64,000 nt of DNA, from the NCBI GenBank assembly GCA_963758495.1, contig CAVWVI010000003.1, forward strand, positions 576,001-640,000, in the 5' to 3' direction. The stretch is from Oligoflexia bacterium. GTDB lineage: Bacteria; Bdellovibrionota; UBA1018. Of the stretch, positions 1 to 9,951 are shown one piece after another (position 1 is the first letter of the stretch; every line of letters begins with the position of its first letter). The notes beneath the pieces are model-generated. The model ran no database searches. It was not told the origin of the DNA and was given only the letters and a program-made list of their open reading frames with translations. The translations under genes were made by a program, and so were the position numbers.

Positions 1-128
1 TAATCAGAAGAAAGATCCGCTGGCAGCTCATGACTCACAGTTACAGGTTTTATGGGGCCACTTACACAAGCCCCCAAGAAGCTCAGCAAAATGATGAAGA
101 TTGCTTTGAATCTATTTTTCAGAAACAT
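1..128 (-). CDS. putative lipoprotein, 5' part only (runs off window)
   Basis: Manual translation from ATG 128: MFLKNRFKAIFIILLSFLGACVSGPIKP...; basic N-terminus, hydrophobic stretch, LGAC lipobox; downstream of lpxL on the same strand. Confidence 0.6.
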   Translation of the reverse strand, partial: MFLKNRFKAIFIILLSFLGACVSGPIKPVTVSHELPADLSSD

Positions 129-251
129 ACAGAAAGTTTACAAGAATAATTTAAAATAGTCGAGCCAGCGACCGTCAAACTCATACCGCTTCTAGCTAGC
201 TGACAGCGGATTTTGCTGTGACCTGTCGACTGTGGCCTGAACGCTTACATG

Positions 252-1154
252 TCATTTTCTGACTCTCGGCTCATTCCACTCCGCCTCTCGCAAGGGAGAA
301 AGATCACCTTTAAATCGACGGTGTGTCCAAAGCCATTGTTCTGGGTGGGCCAAAATCATTTTCTCTATGACTGCAGCATATTCAGCGGTATTTGCCGCCA
401 GTTCATAATGAGCATTGGAAAAGGATTTCCATTCTAAAGGAGGTTTTACATTGACTTGCCAACGACCATCCTCCTTTCGAAAATTTTCAACCGGCAGCAG
501 GGTTGCACCCGTCCGCTTCGCTAGAGTTGCCACAATCAATGGAGTCCCTACAGGTATCCCAAATAAAGGAACGCGAACTCCAACAGGAGGGCCTGCATAT
601 TGATCCAATACAAAACCCACCGCTCCATTTTTTTTGAGATGCGATAAAACGTCTCTTAGCGTTTTCGGCTCATAGGTTGCACGAATTTGGCATTGAAGTC
701 TGCCGGCTTCGATCGACTCATGAACCCATTCTGGCTTAAGATGTTTAGTGACTAAAAGCAAATCGGAGTGAGTCAGCAATCCTCCTGAGGCTGCCATCAC
801 TTCCCAGTTCCCCACATGACTAGAAAGAAAAACCAATCCTTTACCCCGTTTTTTTGCTGCCTCAATATGCTCTATACCCGTGATGTCCACATATTTAAGT
901 ACGAATTTCTTTAAGGGCCCAACCACAAGGAGAATTTCCAAAATTAAATTTCCCAAATGCTGATAGCTAGCTCGTAAAATTTTTTTCTGTAACTCAACTT
1001 GACCGGGAAAGGCGATGGCAAGGTTTTGATTCACGACAGTGACACGAAAGCGCGCCCAATAGCCTAACATTCCCAAGCAATTTCCAAAAAATAATTGAAG
1101 TTTTCTGGGCTGAATCCAAAAAAGATAACTCATCATGCGAAGCAATAAGATCAT
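252..1154 (-). CDS. lpxL: lipid A biosynthesis lauroyl/myristoyl acyltransferase (LpxL/HtrB family)
   Basis: SHVGNWE, FVLDQ and PEQWLWTHRRFK motifs; start placed at ATG 1154, which overlaps the lpxK stop (TAATG). Confidence 0.88.
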   Translation of the reverse strand: MILLLRMMSYLFWIQPRKLQLFFGNCLGMLGYWARFRVTVVNQNLAIAFPGQVELQKKILRASYQHLGNLILEILLVVGPLKKFVLKYVDITGIEHIEAAKKRGKGLVFLSSHVGNWEVMAASGGLLTHSDLLLVTKHLKPEWVHESIEAGRLQCQIRATYEPKTLRDVLSHLKKNGAVGFVLDQYAGPPVGVRVPLFGIPVGTPLIVATLAKRTGATLLPVENFRKEDGRWQVNVKPPLEWKSFSNAHYELAANTAEYAAVIEKMILAHPEQWLWTHRRFKGDLSPLREAEWNEPRVRK

Positions 1155-2089
1155 TACTTGCCCCATAAAATCCGTGACCACACTTCCTGTCCTTCAATAA
1201 AAACTAATTTGGGTTCAATCACAATCACTTCTGATTGTTGGATTCCCAAATCCCGCCACTTCACCCAATCTTTGCCAGTCAGAGCTATTTTAGAATGATT
1301 CAGGGAGGCTGCTTTAAGCGTCTCTTGAATCCAAATCTTTTCGTATCGAGTATGATCTTTGAGTGAAATATGTTGAGTCACTCGATATCCGGATTGACGT
1401 GCTAATAAGGCTGCCGATTGACTATCTGCAATTCCGGTGATCAACCAATGCGAATCCACAGTAGGCGCTGACGGGAGTTCGTATTTCACTCGAACCATGG
1501 GTTTGCCACAAGAATCAGGTCGTTGATTTCCCTTAGTCCATACAAGAAGATCGGCATATTTCAAAGATCGATAAAAATCACGAAAAGGAACCTGCCCAGG
1601 TTTTGCCGAAGTTAACGCTACTATTTCCAAATCCTTTTGAATTCGCCAATGTTGAAATCCATCATCTAAAATGACGAGATCCACCTTTGAAGGCGATTTT
1701 TTAGAAATATTCCGAAATTGTCGAACTCGATCTGAGCCTATTCCAATCCATGCGTAAGGACAAAGCTCCTGCAAAAGAGCCACCTCATCCCCACATTGCT
1801 CAGCCTTCACAGAGCCTTCTCCTGGCTCAATCAAGCCCCCCTGAGACTCCCACTGACTTTTATAGCCTCGAGATAAAATACAAACAATCAATCCTCTTTC
1901 ATGAGCCTCTCGAGCAATATGAGCTACTAATGGTGTCTTACCCGTGCCTCCAGCTTGAAGATTACCTACACTGATCACGCGAGCATCCAGCCTGGTTTTC
2001 TTCAATCCACCCCAATGGGCTCCCCATCGTGCTACCTGAGAAGCTCCAGACCAAAATACCGATGCAAGGCTGATCCAAACTCTATGCAA
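1154..2089 (-). CDS. lpxK: tetraacyldisaccharide 4'-kinase
   Basis: VISVGNLQAGGTGKTP, SRGY, GDE, ILDDGFQH, TGKDWVK motifs; likely TTG start 2089 after GAGG (ORF track extends to 2140). Confidence 0.92.
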   Translation of the reverse strand: MHRVWISLASVFWSGASQVARWGAHWGGLKKTRLDARVISVGNLQAGGTGKTPLVAHIAREAHERGLIVCILSRGYKSQWESQGGLIEPGEGSVKAEQCGDEVALLQELCPYAWIGIGSDRVRQFRNISKKSPSKVDLVILDDGFQHWRIQKDLEIVALTSAKPGQVPFRDFYRSLKYADLLVWTKGNQRPDSCGKPMVRVKYELPSAPTVDSHWLITGIADSQSAALLARQSGYRVTQHISLKDHTRYEKIWIQETLKAASLNHSKIALTGKDWVKWRDLGIQQSEVIVIEPKLVFIEGQEVWSRILWGK

Positions 2090-2090
2090 A

Positions 2091-3335
2091 TTACTTTCCT
2101 CGGATGGTTTGCACAGCTTGAATAATTTCCTGTGCTGCACAAAAACTAGGGCTCAGGGAACCCATCGAGCCACAAACTCGTTCATGAAGCCTTTCAAATC
2201 CTTCAAACATATTTTTTCGCTTCACTGGATCGGTCATCAAAGCGATCACTTCTTCGGACAAAGATTTTGGAGTCACTTCGTCACATAAAATTTCACGAAC
2301 GAGATAGTCTTTTCCTGGTATCCAACCTGCAATTAAATTGACAAGACCCACTGGCCCCCGATACCGAATCAAATGCTTAAAAATCCAGGCTGATGTTCGA
2401 TTGGGTTTATAAACTATGGCGTGCGGACATCTCAATAGACCCGCTTCCAAAGTAGATGTACCCGACTTCACCAGCCCCGCATCCGCCGCAACTAAACATT
2501 CAGCAGCATCCCCTTGAGATATTTTCACCTCTAAAACAGTCCCGCCCCCCCCCTGATCGTGTAGGCGCTGCTTGACGCGACTTCGTATAGCCTCCAAATC
2601 CTCTAAATTCGTGGTTACAGGAAAAGGCAGTAAAACTTTTAATGCCTCACGAGGAGCTAAAAATCCCTGCTTTTGTAACTGCGTCGCCGCAAGTAACGCT
2701 GAATCTAACATTAAATTTAAATGGACTTTAATCTCAGAAGCACGACTCCCCGGCATCATAATCAAGACTCGATCCGAGTCCAATAAAGAGAGTTTTTTAC
2801 GAGCATCCGATCGAGTCAGGTCCAGCGGAAGTTCATCCAATAAAGGATTTCCAACGTATTTTACAGAAATATTCAAATTACGATAAAAATCTTCTTCAAA
2901 TGGAAGTATACAGAGGATTTTTATAAAAAACCTTCTTAAGAACTCAACTCTTCTTTTTCTCCAAACCCATACCTTGGGTGGAATATAGAAGACCATAGGG
3001 ATTCCTAATTTTTTAAACCGTCGAGCCAGTCGAAAATGAAAGTCTGGATAATCAATCACTACCGCGATATCAGGCCTCATCTGTCTGGCCTCTGTCGTAA
3101 GCAGATTCAATGCTCGAAAAATCCTCGGTAAATGACGAAGGATTTCAATAAATCCCATTGCCAAAAGCTCACGCGCGTCTACTACCGCACGAAGCCCTGC
3201 TGCTTGAAGTTTTGGTCCACCCACTCCAAATGCTTCAACACTCTCAGCAGATGGAACTTGTGCTCGAATAGCCCTAAGAAGTTCGGCACCGTGAGCATCA
3301 GACGAAGTTTCTGCAGCTGATATTAAAATTCGCAA
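2091..3335 (-). CDS. lpxB: lipid-A-disaccharide synthase
   Basis: AAETSSDAHG, IDYPDF, WVWRKRR, ILPFE, VGNPL, PGSRASE, SGTSTLE motifs. Confidence 0.95.
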   Translation of the reverse strand: MRILISAAETSSDAHGAELLRAIRAQVPSAESVEAFGVGGPKLQAAGLRAVVDARELLAMGFIEILRHLPRIFRALNLLTTEARQMRPDIAVVIDYPDFHFRLARRFKKLGIPMVFYIPPKVWVWRKRRVEFLRRFFIKILCILPFEEDFYRNLNISVKYVGNPLLDELPLDLTRSDARKKLSLLDSDRVLIMMPGSRASEIKVHLNLMLDSALLAATQLQKQGFLAPREALKVLLPFPVTTNLEDLEAIRSRVKQRLHDQGGGGTVLEVKISQGDAAECLVAADAGLVKSGTSTLEAGLLRCPHAIVYKPNRTSAWIFKHLIRYRGPVGLVNLIAGWIPGKDYLVREILCDEVTPKSLSEEVIALMTDPVKRKNMFEGFERLHERVCGSMGSLSPSFCAAQEIIQAVQTIRGK

Positions 3336-3383
3336 AGGTCGGTCTCCAGATGAGCGCCCGATCAGCGCTAAATTAGTACCCGA

Positions 3384-4160
3384 TTAGCGAACAACACCCG
3401 TTTCGCTTTTACGAATAAATGAAGTAAAAATCTGAATTTCTGGAATGTCACCATATTGAGATTCGATTTCGAGTAAACATTGCTCTTTTTGAATATCCGC
3501 TCGTGTCCAAAGCTTAATTGCTTCATTAATTTTTTGGATTTTCTCTGTAGGAAACCCACGACGCTTCAATCCCACAATATTAGTCCCTTTAACTGAACAA
3601 GGCCGAGAACCCACTGCGATCACGTAGGGCGGAACATCACGCTCCAAGCCAGATTGGCCCCCTATATAAGAATGCGCACCCACTCGTACAAACTGCGAAA
3701 CTCCTGTCATTCCACCAATCGTGACATAGTCTTCTAAAATGACATGTCCCGCTAGCCCACCATAATTCGCAATAATACAATGATTCCCCACAATACAATC
3801 ATGCCCTAAATGAGTATAGGCCATCAGTAAACTATGATTTCCAATACGAGTGACACCCCCACCTTGTGCTGTTCCAAGGTTCAAAGTCACTCCCTCACGA
3901 ATCGTATTATGATTACCAATGATCAGTTGCGTCGGCTCACCTTTGTATTTCAGATCTTGGGGAATAGCACCCAAAACACTGAATGGGAAAATAACATTAT
4001 CTTCGCCGATCTCTGTCCGCCCATCAATCACCACATGACTCATTAAGCGCGTTCCACGACCCAATTTAACCCGAGAACCGATGGTACACCAGGGTCCGAT
4101 TTCTACTGAAGGATCAATTTCAGCACCAGGAGAAATTTGTGAAGTGGGATGAATCATCAT
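3384..4160 (-). CDS. lpxA: acyl-ACP--UDP-N-acetylglucosamine O-acyltransferase
   Basis: Hexapeptide repeats, PQDLKYKGEPT, HLGHDC, NIVGLKRRGF. Confidence 0.97.
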   Translation of the reverse strand: MMIHPTSQISPGAEIDPSVEIGPWCTIGSRVKLGRGTRLMSHVVIDGRTEIGEDNVIFPFSVLGAIPQDLKYKGEPTQLIIGNHNTIREGVTLNLGTAQGGGVTRIGNHSLLMAYTHLGHDCIVGNHCIIANYGGLAGHVILEDYVTIGGMTGVSQFVRVGAHSYIGGQSGLERDVPPYVIAVGSRPCSVKGTNIVGLKRRGFPTEKIQKINEAIKLWTRADIQKEQCLLEIESQYGDIPEIQIFTSFIRKSETGVVR

Positions 4161-4672
4161 GACTCCTTGTCAATATTTGTCGCCAAGTTCGCTAATATTT
4201 CTGCTTCAGCAACTTTCTGGCCCTCTACTGATACGGTACATTGAAATGCCCAAAGTTTTCCACGACGTTTACTCACGACCGTTTCAATTCTCATAGAATC
4301 TCCGGGCACCACTGGTTTACGAAATCGAGCGCCATCAATGCCTACTAGAATACACTGAAAATCGCGGGACAATCGATCAATATCTTTGCCAATACTGGGA
4401 TAAACAGAAAAACTGGCCACTTGGGCCATAGTTTCAATAATTAAAACCCCAGGGACAATTGAAAATCCTGGAAAATGCCCTTGGAAATAGGGTTCATTAA
4501 AAGTTACGTTCTTCAGTCCTACTACGCGGGTACCCACTTCAGCACTTGGAAAGGGCTGGTCGGTTCCTCCAGCTGGATGAATTTCCAGAATTCGATCCAC
4601 TAATAAAAAGGGGGTCCGATGAGGCAAAAATCTTTGAATTTGATTCACATTAAGGCGATAGGGGTTTTCCAT
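4157..4672 (-). CDS. fabZ: 3-hydroxyacyl-ACP dehydratase
   Basis: LPHRTPFLLVDR, NEPYFQGHFP, PGVLIIE, RFRKPVVPGD. Confidence 0.96.
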   Translation of the reverse strand: MENPYRLNVNQIQRFLPHRTPFLLVDRILEIHPAGGTDQPFPSAEVGTRVVGLKNVTFNEPYFQGHFPGFSIVPGVLIIETMAQVASFSVYPSIGKDIDRLSRDFQCILVGIDGARFRKPVVPGDSMRIETVVSKRRGKLWAFQCTVSVEGQKVAEAEILANLATNIDKES

Positions 4673-5748
4673 TATTTTAATCTCCGTTTTTCAAGCAACT
4701 TACTCAGTAATGCGTGCGCGCGAAAGTGTTCTTTAGAATCTCGTTGCGGATTTCCAACTGCCGTCCCCCCCGGCGGCACATCTTTAGTCACTAAAGTCAA
4801 TGCGCCCACACTTCCGCCATCCCCCACATGCACATGATTTGTAATTCCTGTGAGACCGCCAATATAAGCATACTTGCCTACACTCGCATTCCCTGCCAAA
4901 CAAGTTCCCCCACAAATCACAGCCCCTTCGTCCAATCTAGAATTATGACCGATATGAACCAAATTATCGAGTTTGGAGTTTTTACCCACTCGAGTCTCAC
5001 CTAGAGTTCCACGGTCCACACAGCTATTAGCTCCGATTTCTACATCATCCTCCACAACGACATGACCTAAATGATAGATCTTCTGATGACCTAGAACCTG
5101 CTTTCCATTACGCTTCGGAGCATAGCCAAATCCATCTGCACCTAAAACACTTCCAGCATGAATCCGAACTCGATTTCCCAACCGAGTCCATTCATACAAG
5201 GTTACATTTGGAAACAAGGTACACTGTTCACCTAAAACACATCGAGGTCCCACATAGCAGCCGGGATATAAAACCGTCCCAGCTCCTATTTTGACACCCT
5301 CTTCAATTACGCAGTGCGGTCCTATCTTCACTCCAAGCGCTAACTCTGCTGATGCCGCTACCACTGCAGTAGGATGAATAGCCGCGACCTCACGACTCAA
5401 CAAAGGTGGAGCAACCGTAGATAATTGGGCAGCAAATTTTTCAGAGAGAAGAGCCATTGCTAAGTAAGGATCTTCACACGCTACCACTGCCGCTGAAGAC
5501 CAAAATGGGAGATTCGCTTTTTCTAGCGGTCTCACAAAGGCCTCTCCGGTAATCAGGACTCCAGGATGAGCCGTCGAAAGTTCATTTTCAAAAGCACGAG
5601 AAAAAAAGAATGCCAAATTCGAAAGGCCTGCCACTCCTAAGGGGGTGGGTCTATCTACTGAAATGGACTCTAAACGTGCGCCCAGAAGACTTGAATTCAC
5701 AACTCGGCCCGAAACACACTCAACAATCTCTTTTAACGAAAGTGGCAC
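4672..5748 (-). CDS. lpxD: UDP-3-O-(3-hydroxyacyl)glucosamine N-acyltransferase
   Basis: Hexapeptide repeats, GADGFGY, VEIGANSCVDRG, KLDNLVHIGHN. Confidence 0.96.
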   Translation of the reverse strand: MPLSLKEIVECVSGRVVNSSLLGARLESISVDRPTPLGVAGLSNLAFFFSRAFENELSTAHPGVLITGEAFVRPLEKANLPFWSSAAVVACEDPYLAMALLSEKFAAQLSTVAPPLLSREVAAIHPTAVVAASAELALGVKIGPHCVIEEGVKIGAGTVLYPGCYVGPRCVLGEQCTLFPNVTLYEWTRLGNRVRIHAGSVLGADGFGYAPKRNGKQVLGHQKIYHLGHVVVEDDVEIGANSCVDRGTLGETRVGKNSKLDNLVHIGHNSRLDEGAVICGGTCLAGNASVGKYAYIGGLTGITNHVHVGDGGSVGALTLVTKDVPPGGTAVGNPQRDSKEHFRAHALLSKLLEKRRLK

Positions 5749-5788
5749 TCTTATAAGACCTCGATGTCAGCTGAATATTGACTCTGAC

Positions 5789-6346
5789 TTACTCTTCTTT
5801 AGATTTTGATCCAGATTTTGACTGTTTATCAAAAAGTGAAATCACTTCTGCGGTTAAATCATCCTTATCCAAAGAATAGAGTACCGTATTTTCATTTTTT
5901 TCCAGAACAACCGTATAATCGCGCTTTTTTGCTGCTTCTGCAATCAATGTGCGAAGTTTTACAATAATGGGCTGTGTTAAGTCGCGTTCTTTTTGTTGAA
6001 TTTCTTGCTGAGAGCGTCCCGTGAGCTCTTGGAATTTCATGATTCTGTCTTGAAGCTCAGCTTGTTTCTTCGCACGTGCCTCATCACTCATCACAAGAGA
6101 TTGCTTCTTAAATTCTTCTGTCATTTTTTTGATCGAAGCTTCTTCTGTTTGAAGTTGTTTTCTTTTAGCATTGAACTCTTTTTCGAGCTGAATCTTTGCT
6201 TTTTTTCCAGAGTCTACGTTCTGCAAAGCCCTCTGCATGTCCACAGTACCAATTTTGACCTGCTCTTCAGCAGCAAAAGCAATTCCAGACATTCCCACTG
6301 ACACTACGAGTAAACTTAAAGCTTTTAAAACCGTACCTGTTTTCAT
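5789..6346 (-). CDS. skp: OmpH/Skp periplasmic chaperone
   Basis: Signal peptide, KIGTVDMQRAL, coiled coil, DLTAEVI end; canonical position before lpxD. Confidence 0.92.
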   Translation of the reverse strand: MKTGTVLKALSLLVVSVGMSGIAFAAEEQVKIGTVDMQRALQNVDSGKKAKIQLEKEFNAKRKQLQTEEASIKKMTEEFKKQSLVMSDEARAKKQAELQDRIMKFQELTGRSQQEIQQKERDLTQPIIVKLRTLIAEAAKKRDYTVVLEKNENTVLYSLDKDDLTAEVISLFDKQSKSGSKSKEE

Positions 6347-6458
6347 GAAACTCTCCTGATGCCTAATCTGTCTAGGCCGATGTTATACCGATATAGGGAG
6401 CAGAAAATCACAACCTATCTCGAATTACAAGAGTGCAGGTCAATTACAAGAGCGAAGA

Positions 6459-7387
6459 TCAGCCTCTTAACATGCTTCTATTTTGAACCGCGATTTTTCT
6501 GAATTCACTCGATATTCTTGTGTCTTGACATACCTTCTCCCAGTATTGAATTGCGATCAAGAGCGCCTCTTTCCAGCTACCCAAAAGCGTGTGATCATAG
6601 GTAGGAAGACTCAATATTTTTCCTGTATCTTCGCCTCCAGCACTGGGTGCGTAGAGCATAGGAAGCATGTCATACACTGGAGTGAGTGCTACTTGACTAT
6701 CGCCAGGCTGCCAGAAAAATGAAAGGTTGCCTGGATGTCGATCAGAATTTGCAATCAATCTGCCGAAGCACTCTAGTTTCTGGATGGTTCTCAAATCATC
6801 TTCTGAGATTTTTTTCTCGCGTTCAAGTAATTTTCCAGACACTGCCCAGTTCTCTCCATGCCCAGTCCATTCGTTTTCAAGTGCTGACAGCGAAAGAACC
6901 CCTTTTCTTCCACTTAGCCCTACGCGATCGAAACGGATCGTTTCCAGGAAAGTTCGTCCCCTAGCCTCAATGATTCTAGCCTCTGCCGCGGTAACACCCT
7001 GGTCGCGCAAGGTCTCAAGTGCAAGTGCTTCACAGATCAAAAGGTCACGCCATCTTTGCGAAGCAAGCGTAGTTTGCATATGGATTTTCACATTTATGAG
7101 CGTCGATGATTTCAGCTTTGCTATGAATCAGGGATTGATAACGTTCAAATGATTGTGCTCCGACCAGAATGTTTCCTGTAAGGTCTTCGCCGCGATTTGC
7201 TATTGCTTCAAGAATGTCATCATTGTTCCAATCCAATATCCGCAATGGCAGTCTCAGGTCAGTATGTTTTTGGCTGAATGCTCTTCCTAAAAAACCTTGA
7301 GGTCGAATGTCATCCAGGTAGACTTGCGGGACTGAGAGGACCTTCGGTACGCAGAATAGATAAGAGTGGATCAGAGAACTGGCTCAT
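6459..7387 (-). pseudogene. HipA-family kinase toxin (YjjJ-like), disrupted by two frame-shifting internal deletions
   Basis: Three reading-frame segments: MSQFSDPLLSILRTEGPLSPASL from ATG 7387; YLDDIRPQGFLGRAF...RGEDLTGNILVG (about 7320-7095); QRWRDLL...RFDRVG...FGRLIANSDRHPGNLSF...PVYDMLPM (to 6459). The GGEQPKF ATP-binding segment is missing. Confidence 0.8.
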
Positions 7388-7527
7388 TTTTGAATGATTA
7401 AGTGACTGATAAAATGAAAATAAATACCTATAACTTCAAATAGTTACATTATAATTAGTCATATATAATGAATGATAAGTTTTAGATTTAAAATGCATTT
7501 ACATTGATAGAGGTGCTAAGCATTTTT

Positions 7528-7635
7528 TTCGCAATCAAGATTGCGAAGACTTTTTAAAACCATTTATTTTATTTTAACTATATGAAATTATATGGTAATT
7601 ATAATTATTGCGACATTTTTAATTTTGTCGTAATA
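7528..7635. promoter_or_regulatory. operator-like inverted repeats upstream of the nucleotidyltransferase gene
   Basis: TTCGCAATC-aa-GATTGCGAA (7528-7547, perfect); TATTGCGACA-N10-TGTCGTAATA (7606-7635, 1 mismatch) just after TATAAT at 7600-7605. Confidence 0.5.
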
Positions 7636-7641
7636 TGAAGT

Positions 7642-8163
7642 ATGAACTTAACTTATGACCGCATGCTGGAAGCCTTGGGAAATTTAGATAAAAAACTCAA
7701 TCATCCTGTAACACTCATTGTAGGAGGAGGCGGGGCAATGATTTTAGCCTATCAGTTTCCCTTAGTCACTACAGATATTGACGCTGTGCCTGCACAAGGT
7801 ACAACTCCTTCAGAACTAGATCCTCTCATTAAGGCTGTAGCATTAGAGCTCAAGATCCCGCCAGATTGGTTGAATCCTTATTACTCGACATTTACTCACG
7901 TATTGCCGTCAAATTACGGGGATCGACTTCAACCTATTTCCAATTTTGAAAACCTTAAAGTTTGCGCGCTTTCCAAAGACGATCTCTTAATCATGAAGTG
8001 CTTTGCAGGAAGAACGAAAGATCGTCCTCATGCCCGAGCACTGATTCAAGGTGGAGCGAATACTCGTTTTGTAGAAGCCCACTTAGAGAGTTTAAAAAAT
8101 CGAGGAATTCCAAAATCGGAAAAGGCCCTGGATTTTTTAGATGAAGTTTTAAGTATGGAGTAA
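7642..8163 (+). CDS. DUF6036/AbiEii-like nucleotidyltransferase, putative toxin
   Basis: IVGGGAM...TTDID Pol-beta NTase motif, DWLN, LIMK..AGRTKD. Confidence 0.75.
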   Translation: MNLTYDRMLEALGNLDKKLNHPVTLIVGGGGAMILAYQFPLVTTDIDAVPAQGTTPSELDPLIKAVALELKIPPDWLNPYYSTFTHVLPSNYGDRLQPISNFENLKVCALSKDDLLIMKCFAGRTKDRPHARALIQGGANTRFVEAHLESLKNRGIPKSEKALDFLDEVLSME

Positions 8164-8167
8164 ATTT

Positions 8168-8899
8168 ATGAAAGGTGGCCTTCTCAATATTCCGCAATTG
8201 ACGGACCTAAAAGAGGCCTACGATTCTTTATTGCATTTAGAACCCAAAGATCCAGGGATTGATCAGATCGCGCTTTTCTCGCAATGGGCTCGCTTTGACG
8301 CGAGATTAGCTGAAATTTGGATTCACTATTTAGAGCCACATTGGGGTCTCCTCAATCCTCTTGACCTGAACACAACCCTACTTAAGCAGCCTTGGCCCGC
8401 CGCTGCGGGACTCCTTCTGGAGTTTGTTCAGACACTCATCGAAGCTAAGAGTAAAGAAAACAGAATAAATAAATCTGTGAACAGTCAGGATCTTGAAAAA
8501 TTTCGACTTTGGAAACGATTGGTAACTTATCAAATATCTCCTGCTGAGTGGGAGTTTTTCTTTATCGGTTTACATAAAATAGGTGGGAAAATAATGTTCG
8601 AAGATGCTTGTTTTTCTTTGAAGGAATACCGAGATTGGGGCTTTTTGGGGCGAGATATTTTAGTTCAGAAAACCAGCTCTTCTCATTTTAAAGTACAGGC
8701 TCATATCGAAAAAGAAGTACGCCTACAAATTCTTCAGCAGCTGCTTCGCGCTTCACCAAGAATAACTGTAAAAAAATATTGGGAAGCTATTGGTCAATGC
8801 ATTTCTTTGCGGCAAGCTGAGCGAGACTTGTCGAACTCCCCCATTCTTGAGGCAGTAGGCCAAACACAGGCGAGGTACTATCGAATGAAAAGTAAATGA
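8168..8899 (+). CDS. hypothetical protein with C-terminal winged HTH, putative partner/antitoxin
   Basis: 4 bp after the NTase stop; C-terminus ITVKKYWEAIG..SLRQAERDL....LEAVGQTQARYY fits a wHTH pattern. Confidence 0.55.
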   Translation: MKGGLLNIPQLTDLKEAYDSLLHLEPKDPGIDQIALFSQWARFDARLAEIWIHYLEPHWGLLNPLDLNTTLLKQPWPAAAGLLLEFVQTLIEAKSKENRINKSVNSQDLEKFRLWKRLVTYQISPAEWEFFFIGLHKIGGKIMFEDACFSLKEYRDWGFLGRDILVQKTSSSHFKVQAHIEKEVRLQILQQLLRASPRITVKKYWEAIGQCISLRQAERDLSNSPILEAVGQTQARYYRMKSK

Positions 8900-9030
8900 T
8901 ATTTACAAAGACTTGTCTGTCATTCAGATCATTTAAACGAGCTGCCAAAATAGCGTAGTTCAACCCCTAAAGTCCACGACCTCCACCGGATCAATTCACA
9001 TTTTAAGTAGCTTCAACAATCTGCACAGCC

Positions 9031-9867
9031 TCATACGCTCTCAAACACAGGATGACTCAGCATACCGTCTAAACAAGGAACACCCACCTGGCCCACCGCT
9101 AATGAACCAAAGTAGTTCCCAAGCAAGACAGATTTTTCTAAGGAATACCCTCGTAGCAACCCTGCGGCAAATCCCGCAAAAAAGCAGTCTCCAGCTCCTG
9201 TCGGGTCCACTTCTTCGGTCTCAAATGCAGGTACCCGAAACTCACGATCATGGGTGTATACGGTACATCCCTCTTTGCCTTCGGTCACTAATACGCAGGT
9301 TTGCTGGCGGATTTGCTGAAGGTCCATTAATTCAGCTTCCTGGCGGTTCGCCTTTAAAAAGGTAATTTTATTCAAAAGATGAAAGTAGGGGGTTTCTTCC
9401 AGCCTTTGATAACCCACATTTTCTTGATCAATCTTGCGAACTAATCCCTGCATGTCACAAAGCACATAGCGGGCGGACTGAGAAAGCCGCTCTAAGGTCT
9501 CGGGGAGGACTTCCCCAACGATTCCAACTGCTAATCCCAATTCAAACTTTCCATTGTCCGGGATATCTTCTGGGTAGATGGGCTCACAAACTGCCCCTAC
9601 CTTTCCTATTCTTTCGCCTTGCCTAAAATCAGCAATGAAATGGGTTGTTGCGGAATTGGATATAATCTTGGGGGTATGGGTAATCTGTGAAAAATACGCA
9701 AAGTCAGGTCCTACCTTAGCAACTACTGAACAGTTCACCCCTAAGGCTTCAAAGACAGAAGAAATATACGACGCAGATCCCCCTAAGGTAGCGGAATGAT
9801 TCCCATTCGCTAAATACAAGGTATCGTGACAATAATGTCCAATAATCAAGGCGGAAGATGGCTGCAT
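9031..9867 (-). CDS. PfkB/ribokinase-family carbohydrate kinase
   Basis: GGSASY, KVGPD, KANRQEA, VTEGKEG, DPTGAGDCFFAGF signature. Confidence 0.9.
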   Translation of the reverse strand: MQPSSALIIGHYCHDTLYLANGNHSATLGGSASYISSVFEALGVNCSVVAKVGPDFAYFSQITHTPKIISNSATTHFIADFRQGERIGKVGAVCEPIYPEDIPDNGKFELGLAVGIVGEVLPETLERLSQSARYVLCDMQGLVRKIDQENVGYQRLEETPYFHLLNKITFLKANRQEAELMDLQQIRQQTCVLVTEGKEGCTVYTHDREFRVPAFETEEVDPTGAGDCFFAGFAAGLLRGYSLEKSVLLGNYFGSLAVGQVGVPCLDGMLSHPVFESV

Positions 9868-9951
9868 AGCATGAATTTATACGCTAGAATTATGGGTTTT
9901 CAAGTCTAGACTGAGACCAAGAGAATTGAAGAAGAATTGAAGGAGAATAGG

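Noticed and set aside
6423..6452. AATTACAAGAG direct repeat at the islet edge as a target-site duplication
   Set aside because: The two copies are only 19 bp apart and I found no partner at the other end of the islet.
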